From NCBI GenBank assembly GCA_963744995.1, contig CAVUWA010000004.1:32001-96000 (forward strand): DNA of 64,000 nucleotides, written 5' to 3'. A program made the position numbers and the translations under genes. Positions within the stretch are counted from its first letter, which is position 1, and every line of letters starts with the position of its first letter. Source of the stretch: Candidatus Eiseniibacteriota bacterium. Its GTDB lineage: Bacteria > Eisenbacteria > RBG-16-71-46. Positions 41,124-48,719 of the stretch are shown here, piece after piece. The notes beneath the pieces are model-generated. The model did not search any database, had not been told where the DNA came from, and was given only the letters and a program-made list of their open reading frames with translations.

Positions 41124-41999
41124 TCAGACCCCGAATTCCTCGATCAGCACCCCCATCCGGCCCATCTGCGCGTCGCGCATCGCCTCGAGGATCTGGGTCG
41201 TGTCGTTCATCACGAACGGCCCCGAGCGCACCACCGGTTCGCCGAGCGGCTGCCCGGTCGCGAGCAGGACCCGGGTGTCTTCCAGGGCCTCGAAGAGCGC
41301 CGGACCACCGTCGAGCTCGAACGCCACCAGCCGCTCCCCGGCGACCGCCTGCTCGCCATTCACCCGCAGCCGGCCGTCGAGCAGGTAGGCGAATGCATGA
41401 TGCCCCTCGGGGAGTGGCGCCTCGATCCGCGCACCGGCCGCCAGCGCCAGGCTGAACGCGCCGATCGGAGAATGCGTCTCGACGGGCCCCGTCACGCCGC
41501 TCCACGCACCGGCGATCACCTGCACGCGCGCGCCGCCGCTCTCGACCACCGGCAGCGCGTCCCTCTGCAGCCCCTGGTAGCGCGGCGGCGCGAACTTGGC
41601 GTCCTTCGGCAGGTTCACCCAGAGCTGCACCAGCTCCTGGATGCCGCCCTGCTCGGACAGCGCGCGCGGTGGCCGCTCGCTGTGGACGAGCCCCATCCCG
41701 GCGGTGATCCACTGCACGCCGCCCGCGCCGATCACGCTGTCATGGCCGCGCGAGTCGCGGTGGTGAACGCCGCCCCGGTAGATGAACGTGACCGGCTCGA
41801 AGCCGCGATGCGGATGGGGCGGGACGCCGTCTTCCTGCTGCCGGTGCCCGCCCGCGTGTTCGATCACCAGATGATGGAGCAGCAGGAACGGATCGAGCTC
41901 GGTGAGCCCCGGGTGCGGCAGGGGCTGCTTCACCGTGATCCCGTCCATGTCCACCGGGCGCGCCGGGACGACGACGCGCACCGGCCGCCACTTCGTCAT
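41124..41999 (-). CDS. Pirin family protein
   Basis: DPFLLLHH, HPHRGFE, HRDSRG, HSE, QLWVNLP, GPFVMN. ATGA overlap with the S10 gene. Confidence 0.93.
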   Translation of the reverse strand: MTKWRPVRVVVPARPVDMDGITVKQPLPHPGLTELDPFLLLHHLVIEHAGGHRQQEDGVPPHPHRGFEPVTFIYRGGVHHRDSRGHDSVIGAGGVQWITAGMGLVHSERPPRALSEQGGIQELVQLWVNLPKDAKFAPPRYQGLQRDALPVVESGGARVQVIAGAWSGVTGPVETHSPIGAFSLALAAGARIEAPLPEGHHAFAYLLDGRLRVNGEQAVAGERLVAFELDGGPALFEALEDTRVLLATGQPLGEPVVRSGPFVMNDTTQILEAMRDAQMGRMGVLIEEFGV

Positions 42000-43504
42000 G
42001 CGGGCCGCGAAGTCTTCATGAACGTGAGCAGGTCCTTCTGCAGCTTCGCCAGCGACGGCTTGTGCACGTACATCATGTGGCCGGCCTCGTAGTAGGCCAT
42101 CGACACGTTGGCGCGCAGCGACGGATCGAGCCCCAGGTGATCGAAGGTGTACTCGGTCGCGAGGAACGGCGTCGCCAGATCGAAGTAGCCGTTGGCGACG
42201 AACACCTTGAGGTGCGGATTCATGGCGATCGCCTTGCGCAGCGTGTCGGCGACCTCGACGAAGCGGTTCTCGTGATCGTCGAAGCGCCACGCCTCGTGCG
42301 TCTTCATGCTGAGGATCTCGTACGGCAGATCGCTCTCGTAGCCGAGTTCGCGGCGAATGTAGTCGTTGAAGGTGGCGGCGTAGGGGCCCATGGTCGCCGA
42401 CATGCTCGGATCCTGCTCGAACTGCTCGCCGGCCGAGTCGCGATCGACGCCGGTGAAGCGGCTGTCGAGCCGGCCGACCGTGCGGCGCTTCGCGCGCAGC
42501 AGCTCCTTGGTGAAGCGCATGATCTCGATGCGCAGGTTGCTGCGCTCCACGTAGTCGGCCGAAAGGCCCGTGTAGCGCGCGACCTGCGCCGCGATCTTTG
42601 CCCGCTCCTTCGCCGGCAGGGCGTCCCCTTTGAGCAGTGCGGTCGCGTAGGGACCGAGCGCAAAGTCGGTTGCCTCCTTCACCGTGGCCTGCAGGTTCTT
42701 CTGCAGCTTCGCGTCCAGGCACTTGTGATACCAGGCGGTCGCGGCGTAGCTCGGCAGATAGACGATGTACGGCACGTCGTTGGTCGGCAGGAAGAACAGC
42801 GTCTGGAAGTCGAGTACCGACGACACCAGCATGAGCCCGTTGAGGTACATGCCGTGCCTTTCCTGAAGGTAGCCGGAAAGCCCGGCGGCGCGGGTCGTGC
42901 CGTAGCTCTCGCCGATCAGGAACTTGGGCGAGGCCCAGCGCCGGTAGCGCGAGGTGTAGAGGCGGATGAAGTCGCCGACCGACTCGATGTCCTTCTTGAA
43001 GGTGTGGAACTGCTTGCCCTTCTCGCCGACCACGGCGCGGCTGTAGCCCGTGCCGACCGGGTCGATGAACACCAGATCGGTGTCGACCAGCAGCGTGAAC
43101 TCGTTGTCGGTCAGCCGGGCAGGAGGGGCCAGCGGCTCGCCGGCGTCGCCCATCTCCACGCGCCGGGGGCCGAGCACGCCCAGATGCAGCCACACCGATG
43201 ACGAGCCGGGGCCGCCGTTGAACGAAAAGGTCACCGGCCGCTGCGCGGGATCGCCCGCGTCCTGGAGCGTGTAGGCGACGAAGAATACCGAAGCGCGCGC
43301 CTTCTCGCCCTCGGACTCGCCGTCGCGCTCTTTCGCCTCGGCCTCTTCGCGCAGCACGATCGTGCCGGTCGTGACCGAATAGGACAGCTCGCGGCGTCCG
43401 ACGCGGATGGTGTGGTGGGTGGTGACGACCCGATCCGTGGGATCCGGGCGCGCGGCCTCACGGGCGCCCGCAGGAGCGCCTGGCGACTCGGTCTTCTCGG
43501 TCAT
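41996..43504 (-). CDS. S10 family serine carboxypeptidase
   Basis: FNGGPGSSS, DPVGTGYS, GESYG, DLATP, AGHMMY. Confidence 0.93.
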   Translation of the reverse strand: MTEKTESPGAPAGAREAARPDPTDRVVTTHHTIRVGRRELSYSVTTGTIVLREEAEAKERDGESEGEKARASVFFVAYTLQDAGDPAQRPVTFSFNGGPGSSSVWLHLGVLGPRRVEMGDAGEPLAPPARLTDNEFTLLVDTDLVFIDPVGTGYSRAVVGEKGKQFHTFKKDIESVGDFIRLYTSRYRRWASPKFLIGESYGTTRAAGLSGYLQERHGMYLNGLMLVSSVLDFQTLFFLPTNDVPYIVYLPSYAATAWYHKCLDAKLQKNLQATVKEATDFALGPYATALLKGDALPAKERAKIAAQVARYTGLSADYVERSNLRIEIMRFTKELLRAKRRTVGRLDSRFTGVDRDSAGEQFEQDPSMSATMGPYAATFNDYIRRELGYESDLPYEILSMKTHEAWRFDDHENRFVEVADTLRKAIAMNPHLKVFVANGYFDLATPFLATEYTFDHLGLDPSLRANVSMAYYEAGHMMYVHKPSLAKLQKDLLTFMKTSRPA

Positions 43505-43716
43505 GGGGGACTCCGGGATTTCGAAAGGAAAGGCGGCCTCGATGCCCGGCAGAATACACGGGGCGGCCGCCGAGCGCTCGCGGGCGGGCACGAACGCGGC
43601 GGGCCGGGCGGCCGGCGCGCTCCGCAACGGCGTGCAAAGACCGCGGGACCCGGCGCCCGGATGATCGGGCGAGTGGGCGGGGCCGGTCGCGCAGCGACCC
43701 GCCCGGACGCCCGTGT

Positions 43717-44067
43717 TCAGGCGACCGCGCGGTCTCCCGTGGCCAGCGCGCGAAGCGCCGCCGCCCGATCGGGGAACAGGCGCACCGCCTCGCAGAGCGC
43801 CGTGCGCTCGAGCAGCAGCCGGTGCGAGCTTTGCGCGCCGCACAGCACGATCTCGCCGCCGTGCTCGTGCGCCACGCGCTGGGCGTGGGCCAGAATGCCC
43901 AGACCGTGCGCGGTCAACTGCCCGGTGGCCGAGAGATCGACGACGATGCGGCGCCCGCACTCCGCGAGCTGGACGAGCACCCGCTCCATGGCCTCGCTCT
44001 CATGCGATTCCCACAGATTTCCCCGGGGTTCGAGGAGGCTGATGTGGTTCAACTCGTGGGCCGTCAT
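43717..44067 (-). CDS. STAS-domain (anti-anti-sigma-like) protein
   Basis: 116 aa, PRGNL...IVVDLS...GLGILA...GGEIVLCG pattern. GGAGG RBS. Confidence 0.78.
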   Translation of the reverse strand: MTAHELNHISLLEPRGNLWESHESEAMERVLVQLAECGRRIVVDLSATGQLTAHGLGILAHAQRVAHEHGGEIVLCGAQSSHRLLLERTALCEAVRLFPDRAAALRALATGDRAVA

Positions 44068-44308
44068 GTCCGCATCCTCCGTTCCTGGTGTTCCGTTTCC
44101 GCTGTGACCGACACCCGACTAGACGGATGAAGCGGGGGAAAGGTTGCATTGCATCTACGGACGCGGCCGTGCAATCCACCAGCGCGAGCGTGATGAAACC
44201 GCGTTCTGCGGGAGCGCCGGGGCGGGACCCCGAACGTCAGGAAACCGACAACGGAGTCCGGGCCCCGGGCCGGCGGCGGCAGGGGCGGCTGCGCCGCGCA
44301 GCCGGGCC

Positions 44309-44336
44309 TTGACTCCGGCCGGGTATGGATTACATT
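44309..44336 (+). promoter_or_regulatory. Sigma-70-type promoter of the rsgA leader
   Basis: TTGACT-N16-TACATT. Confidence 0.65.
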
Positions 44337-44392
44337 CCGCCGGTCGCGCACCCGCATGGAGCGGGCGCGCCGAACGACGGAGGGAGCGAACC

Positions 44393-44449
44393 ATGGCAGC
44401 CATTGATCCCGCCATCCGTGCGCCACGTCCCTTCCGCCAGCCCGCCTAG
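44393..44449 (+). CDS. Putative 18-aa leader peptide MAAIDPAIRAPRPFRQPA
   Basis: GGAGGGAG RBS 6 nt before ATG. Stop lies 17 nt before a terminator hairpin in the rsgA 5' leader. Confidence 0.6.
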   Translation: MAAIDPAIRAPRPFRQPA

Positions 44450-44466
44450 CGCCCTTTCGCGCCACC

Positions 44467-44496
44467 GCCGCTCCGGAAGGAGCGGCCTTCTTTGTT
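44467..44496 (+). terminator. Attenuator-type intrinsic terminator upstream of rsgA
   Basis: GCCGCTCC-GGAA-GGAGCGGC followed by CTTCTTTGTT. Confidence 0.72.
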
Positions 44497-44588
44497 GCCG
44501 CCCGCGACGTGCCGCACGCCGCCCGATCCGACCACGGGCGCGCCCGATCGCGCCATGCGACGCATTCCTGAGCGAAAGGCCATACGTC

Positions 44589-45656
44589 ATGTCAATGCAG
44601 TCACTGGGCTGGAACGAACACTGGGCCACGACGTTCGCGCCGCGGGCCGCGGCAGGCATCCGCCCCGCGCGTGTGGCGCGCGAGGACCGCGGGCGCTACC
44701 GGGTGCTGAGCGAAGCCGGCGAGCGCGGGGCCGAACTGGCCGGCCGCATGCGCCACGAGGCCCGCACGCGGCTCGACCTGCCGGCGGTGGGCGACTGGGT
44801 GGCCGTCCGCGACGGCGGTGACAGCGATGTCGTCGTCGCCCTGCTGCCGCGCCGCACCGCGTTCGTGCGCAAGGTCGCGGGCGACACGACCGAGCAGCAG
44901 ATCGTCGCCGCGAACGTGGACACGGTGTTCGTGGTGATGGGGCTCGACGAGAACTTCAACCTGCGTCGCCTCGAGCGCTACCTGACCGCTTCGTGGGAGA
45001 GCGGCGCCACGCCGGTCGTGGTGCTCAACAAGCGCGATCTCGTCGAGGATCCCGAGGCGGCCATTGCCGAGACCGAAGCCGTGGCGGCCGGTGCCGCGGT
45101 CGTCGCCGTGTCGGCGCTCGGGGAGGGGACGCTGGAAGCGCTCGCCGCCTGGCTGCGCCCGGGGCGCACGGTCGCGCTGCTCGGCTCGTCGGGGGTCGGC
45201 AAGAGCACGCTGGTGAACGCGCTGCTCGGCGCCGAGCGGCTGGAGACGGGCGCCGTCCGCGCGGCGGATGCGCGCGGGCGGCACACGACCACCCGGCGCG
45301 AGCTCGTGCCCATCGAGGGCGGTGCGGTGCTGATCGACACCCCCGGCATGCGGGAGCTGCAGCTCTGGGGCGACGAGTCGGGCACCGCCTCGACGTTCCC
45401 GGAGATCATGGCGCTGGCTGCGGCGTGCCGGTTCACCGACTGCCGTCACGATCACGAGCCCGGCTGCGCCGTGCGCGCGGCGCTGGCGGACGGTTCGCTC
45501 GACGAGGCGCGCTTCGAGTCGTGGCAGAAGCTGCAGAAGGAGCTGCGCTGGCTCGAGGTCAGGAGCGATGCGCGCGCCCGGGCGGCGGAAACCGCGAAGT
45601 GGAAGGCCATTCACAAGTCGATGAAACATCACCCCAAGGCGAGGAGGTGGCGATGA
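44589..45656 (+). CDS. rsgA: Ribosome small subunit-dependent GTPase A
   Basis: PAVGDWV OB fold, circularly permuted NKRD / GSSGVGKS / GRHTT / DTPG, CRFTDCRH..EPGC Zn finger. Confidence 0.95.
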   Translation: MSMQSLGWNEHWATTFAPRAAAGIRPARVAREDRGRYRVLSEAGERGAELAGRMRHEARTRLDLPAVGDWVAVRDGGDSDVVVALLPRRTAFVRKVAGDTTEQQIVAANVDTVFVVMGLDENFNLRRLERYLTASWESGATPVVVLNKRDLVEDPEAAIAETEAVAAGAAVVAVSALGEGTLEALAAWLRPGRTVALLGSSGVGKSTLVNALLGAERLETGAVRAADARGRHTTTRRELVPIEGGAVLIDTPGMRELQLWGDESGTASTFPEIMALAAACRFTDCRHDHEPGCAVRAALADGSLDEARFESWQKLQKELRWLEVRSDARARAAETAKWKAIHKSMKHHPKARRWR

Positions 45657-46414
45657 ACGAACCCGATTACGTGCGCGCGAATCGTGCGGCGTGGAACGCA
45701 TTCGCGCCCGAGTACGTCGCGAACGCCGAACGCAACTGGGCGGGCGAGCCGGTGTGGGGCATCTGGGACATCCCGGAGGCCGAGGCCCGCCTGCTGCCGG
45801 AGGATCTGGAGGGAAAGCGCGTGCTCGAGGACGGCTGCGGCACGGGCTATGTCTCGGCGTGGCTCGCGCGTCGCGGGGCGCGGCCGGTGGGGCTCGACAA
45901 CTCGGCGGCGCAACTCGCGACCGCGAAGCGGATGCGCGAGCGGCACCGCTTGCCCGTTCCATTGCTGCAGGGCATCGCCGAGCGGCTGCCGTTCCGCGAC
46001 GCGAGCTTCGATCTGGTGATCTCCGAATACGGCGCCGCGATCTGGTCGGACCCGTATCGGTGGATTCCCGAGGCAGCGCGGGTCCTCAGGCCCGGCGGCG
46101 AGCTGATCTTCCTGGGGAACTCGACCCTGCTCATGCTCTGCATGCACGATGACGAGGATCAGCCTGCCACAGAAGCACTTCGCCGTCCGGCCTTCGGCAT
46201 GCACCGGTTCGAATGGCCGGGCGAGCCCGAGGTCGAATTCCACCTGACCCACGGCGACTGGATCCGGGTGCTGCGCTCGAACGGCTTCGAGGTCACGGAT
46301 CTCCTCGAGCTGCGGCCGCCGGAACACGCGACCACGCGCTATCCGTTCGTGACGCTCGAATGGTCGAGGCAGTGGCCGTGCGAGGAGGTGTGGAAGGCGA
46401 CCAGGAAAGGCTGA
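45653..46414 (+). CDS. Class I SAM-dependent methyltransferase
   Basis: VLEDGCGTG, LPFRDASFDLV, ARVLRPGG. ATGA overlap with rsgA. Confidence 0.9.
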   Translation: MNEPDYVRANRAAWNAFAPEYVANAERNWAGEPVWGIWDIPEAEARLLPEDLEGKRVLEDGCGTGYVSAWLARRGARPVGLDNSAAQLATAKRMRERHRLPVPLLQGIAERLPFRDASFDLVISEYGAAIWSDPYRWIPEAARVLRPGGELIFLGNSTLLMLCMHDDEDQPATEALRRPAFGMHRFEWPGEPEVEFHLTHGDWIRVLRSNGFEVTDLLELRPPEHATTRYPFVTLEWSRQWPCEEVWKATRKG

Positions 46415-46548
46415 TGCGCAGCGCGCGGCGGCGGGCCTCCGCGGTTGGCGTTCCCCGGGCACGGGCACGGCCGGCGTCGCCCGTCACGGCCGCCGGCGGG
46501 CCGCGTGCGACCGGTTCACGGGCCCGATCGGGACCGTGCCGCGCATGA

Positions 46549-47055
46549 TCAGTTCGTGCGGAAATTCCCGAACTTGAGCTCCACGCCGAAATCCCGATCC
46601 TTGAGCAGTTGCATCACGCCCTGCAGGTCGTCCTTGCTCGGCGAGGAGATGCGCACCGTGTCGCCCTGGATCGCCGCCTGCACCTTCTTGAGCTTGGCTT
46701 CCTTGATCGTCTTCGCGACCTCGCGCGCCATGTCGGCGGTGAGCCCGTCCTGAATCTCGATCACCTGCCGCACGCTGCTGGAAGCGGCGGGTTCGATCTT
46801 GCCGCGCTTCAAGTTCTTGAGCGGCACCTGCCGCCTGACCATCTTGCCCTGCAGAACGTCCCACATCGCGGTGAGCTTGAATTCGTCGGGCGCGGCGAGC
46901 GTGATCTTCTTCTCTTTCTGGTTGAGCTCGATCGAGACCTTGAGTCCCTTGAAATCGTAGCGCTGGGTGATCTCCTTGGTGGCCTGATCCACGGCGTTGT
47001 TCGCTTCCATGAAGTCGACGCCGGTCGTGACGTCGAACGAGCTGGTGCTGGCCAC
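46549..47055 (-). CDS. yajQ: YajQ family cyclic-di-GMP/nucleotide-binding protein
   Basis: SFDV, NNAVDQA.KEI.QRYDFKG, KVQAAIQGD.VR, DDLQ, FGNFR. GAGGAGG RBS. Confidence 0.93.
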   Translation of the reverse strand: MASTSSFDVTTGVDFMEANNAVDQATKEITQRYDFKGLKVSIELNQKEKKITLAAPDEFKLTAMWDVLQGKMVRRQVPLKNLKRGKIEPAASSSVRQVIEIQDGLTADMAREVAKTIKEAKLKKVQAAIQGDTVRISSPSKDDLQGVMQLLKDRDFGVELKFGNFRTN

Positions 47056-47232
47056 AGTGTCCCTCCTCGGCCGGTGATTGCCCGCGACGGGCGGCACGCA
47101 GGCAGGCGAGCCTGCGACGCCCGTCATGCACGAAACGATCGTGTAGCATACACGGCCTGCAGTGCGTGCGGGAGCGGGCCGGGCGTTCGGCGCGCCGGCG
47201 GCGGGTCGCAGCGACCACGGGGGAGGGCGAGC

Positions 47233-48549
47233 ATGCGGAACGTCTGGATGGGCATCGTGACGGGAGCGATCGCGGTCGCGGCGATCGCTCCGTCCGCGGC
47301 GGCGGATCTCTCGGCCGGCGAGCGCGCGGTCGCCGAGCACGTGGATGCGCGCGTGCCGGCGAACGTCGCATTCCTCGAGCGGATCGTGAACGTCAACAGC
47401 GGCACCATGAACTTCGACGGCGTGCGGCAGGTGTCGGAGCTGGTGGCGCCCGAATTCGAGAAGCTCGGCTTCGAGACACGCTGGATCGACGGCGCGGACT
47501 GGAACAGGGCCGGGCACCTGATCGCGAAGCGCAAGGGGAAGAAGCACGCTCCGCACGTGCTGCTGATCGCCCACCTCGACACGGTGTTCGAACCCGAGAG
47601 TCCGTTCCAGACGTACGCGAAGGTGGACGAGACGCACGCGCGCGGCCCCGGCGTCGTGGACGACAAGGGCGGCATGGTGGTGATGCTCACCGCGCTCGGC
47701 GCGCTGGCGGACGCGCACGCGCTCGACGGCCTGGACGTGTCGGTCATGCTGAGCGGCGACGAGGAGAAGGCGGGCAGGCCGCGCGACCTGGCGCGCGCCG
47801 ATCTCCGGGCCATGGCCGCCGCGGCCGACGTCGCGATCGGCTTCGAGGACGGCGACGGCGACCCGAAGACCGCCGTCATCGCACGGCGCAGTTCGAGCGG
47901 CTGGCGGCTGTGGACGTCGGGGCGCGCGTACCATTCGTCGCAGATCTTCCGCGAGGACGTGGGCAGCGGTGCGATCTACGAGGCGGCGCGCATTCTCGAC
48001 GCGTTTCAGCGCGAGCTGCAGGAGCCCGACCTCACGTTCAACCCCGGGGTCATCGCGGGCGGCACGGCGGCGTTCCTGGGCACCGACGGCAATGCCACGG
48101 CGTTCGGCAAGACCAACGTCGTGGCCGAGAGCACCTTCGTCGCCGGCGATCTGCGCGCGCTGACGATCGGACAGCGCGATCGCGCGCAGGCGAAGATGAG
48201 CGCGATCGTCGCGCAGCATCTGCCGCAGACCTCGGCGGGCATCACGTTCACGCAGGGCTATCCGCCGCTCGAGCCGACCGACGGCAACCGGAGGCTCCTC
48301 CAACTCTTCGACGCCGCGAGCCGCGACCTTGGATTCGGCGAAGTGAGTGCCGTGGACCCCGCGCGCGCCGGCGCGGCCGATGTCTCCTTCACCAGCGAAC
48401 GTGTGGACGCCGCGCTCGACGGCGTGGGGCTCATGGGCCCCGGCGGACACACGGAGGAGGAGACCGCGGATCTCTCGACCCTGCCCGTGCAGGCGAAGCG
48501 GGTGGCGGTGATGCTGTTACGGATCGCTAAGGGCGGGCTGGCGAAGTAG
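47233..48549 (+). CDS. M20/M25/M40 metallo-hydrolase (glutamate carboxypeptidase-like), secreted
   Basis: Signal peptide, VNVNSGT, AHLDTVF, DDKGG, GDEE, GGHTEEE. Confidence 0.9.
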   Translation: MRNVWMGIVTGAIAVAAIAPSAAADLSAGERAVAEHVDARVPANVAFLERIVNVNSGTMNFDGVRQVSELVAPEFEKLGFETRWIDGADWNRAGHLIAKRKGKKHAPHVLLIAHLDTVFEPESPFQTYAKVDETHARGPGVVDDKGGMVVMLTALGALADAHALDGLDVSVMLSGDEEKAGRPRDLARADLRAMAAAADVAIGFEDGDGDPKTAVIARRSSSGWRLWTSGRAYHSSQIFREDVGSGAIYEAARILDAFQRELQEPDLTFNPGVIAGGTAAFLGTDGNATAFGKTNVVAESTFVAGDLRALTIGQRDRAQAKMSAIVAQHLPQTSAGITFTQGYPPLEPTDGNRRLLQLFDAASRDLGFGEVSAVDPARAGAADVSFTSERVDAALDGVGLMGPGGHTEEETADLSTLPVQAKRVAVMLLRIAKGGLAK

Positions 48550-48626
48550 CGCGGGTTCTTTTCCATAGTCACATTGCGGCATCACGGATAGAATTTCCGA
48601 GTTCGCAGACCGCGAAATCACCCGGG

Positions 48627-48637
48627 CCCCCCCCCCC
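48627..48637 (+). repeat. Poly-C11 homopolymer in the 5' leader of the FG-GAP gene
   Basis: CCCCCCCCCCC lies between a candidate TAGTCA-N17-TAGAAT promoter (48566-48594) and ATG 48720. Confidence 0.8.
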
Positions 48638-48719
48638 AAAGCAGGCTGGACGAGGTCGCCCTCCCGGTGCTCACTGTTCTCCGGCCATCCCGTGTCGCTG
48701 TCATCCCTGGAGGCAGCCG

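Noticed and set aside
41124..43193. 689-aa pirin fusion
   Set aside because: The N-terminal 400 aa are an alternative frame inside the S10 gene. Pirin starts at the ATGA overlap at 41999.
46549..48450. 633-aa extended YajQ
   Set aside because: The extension is antisense to the M20 gene. The RBS and family start point to GTG 47055.
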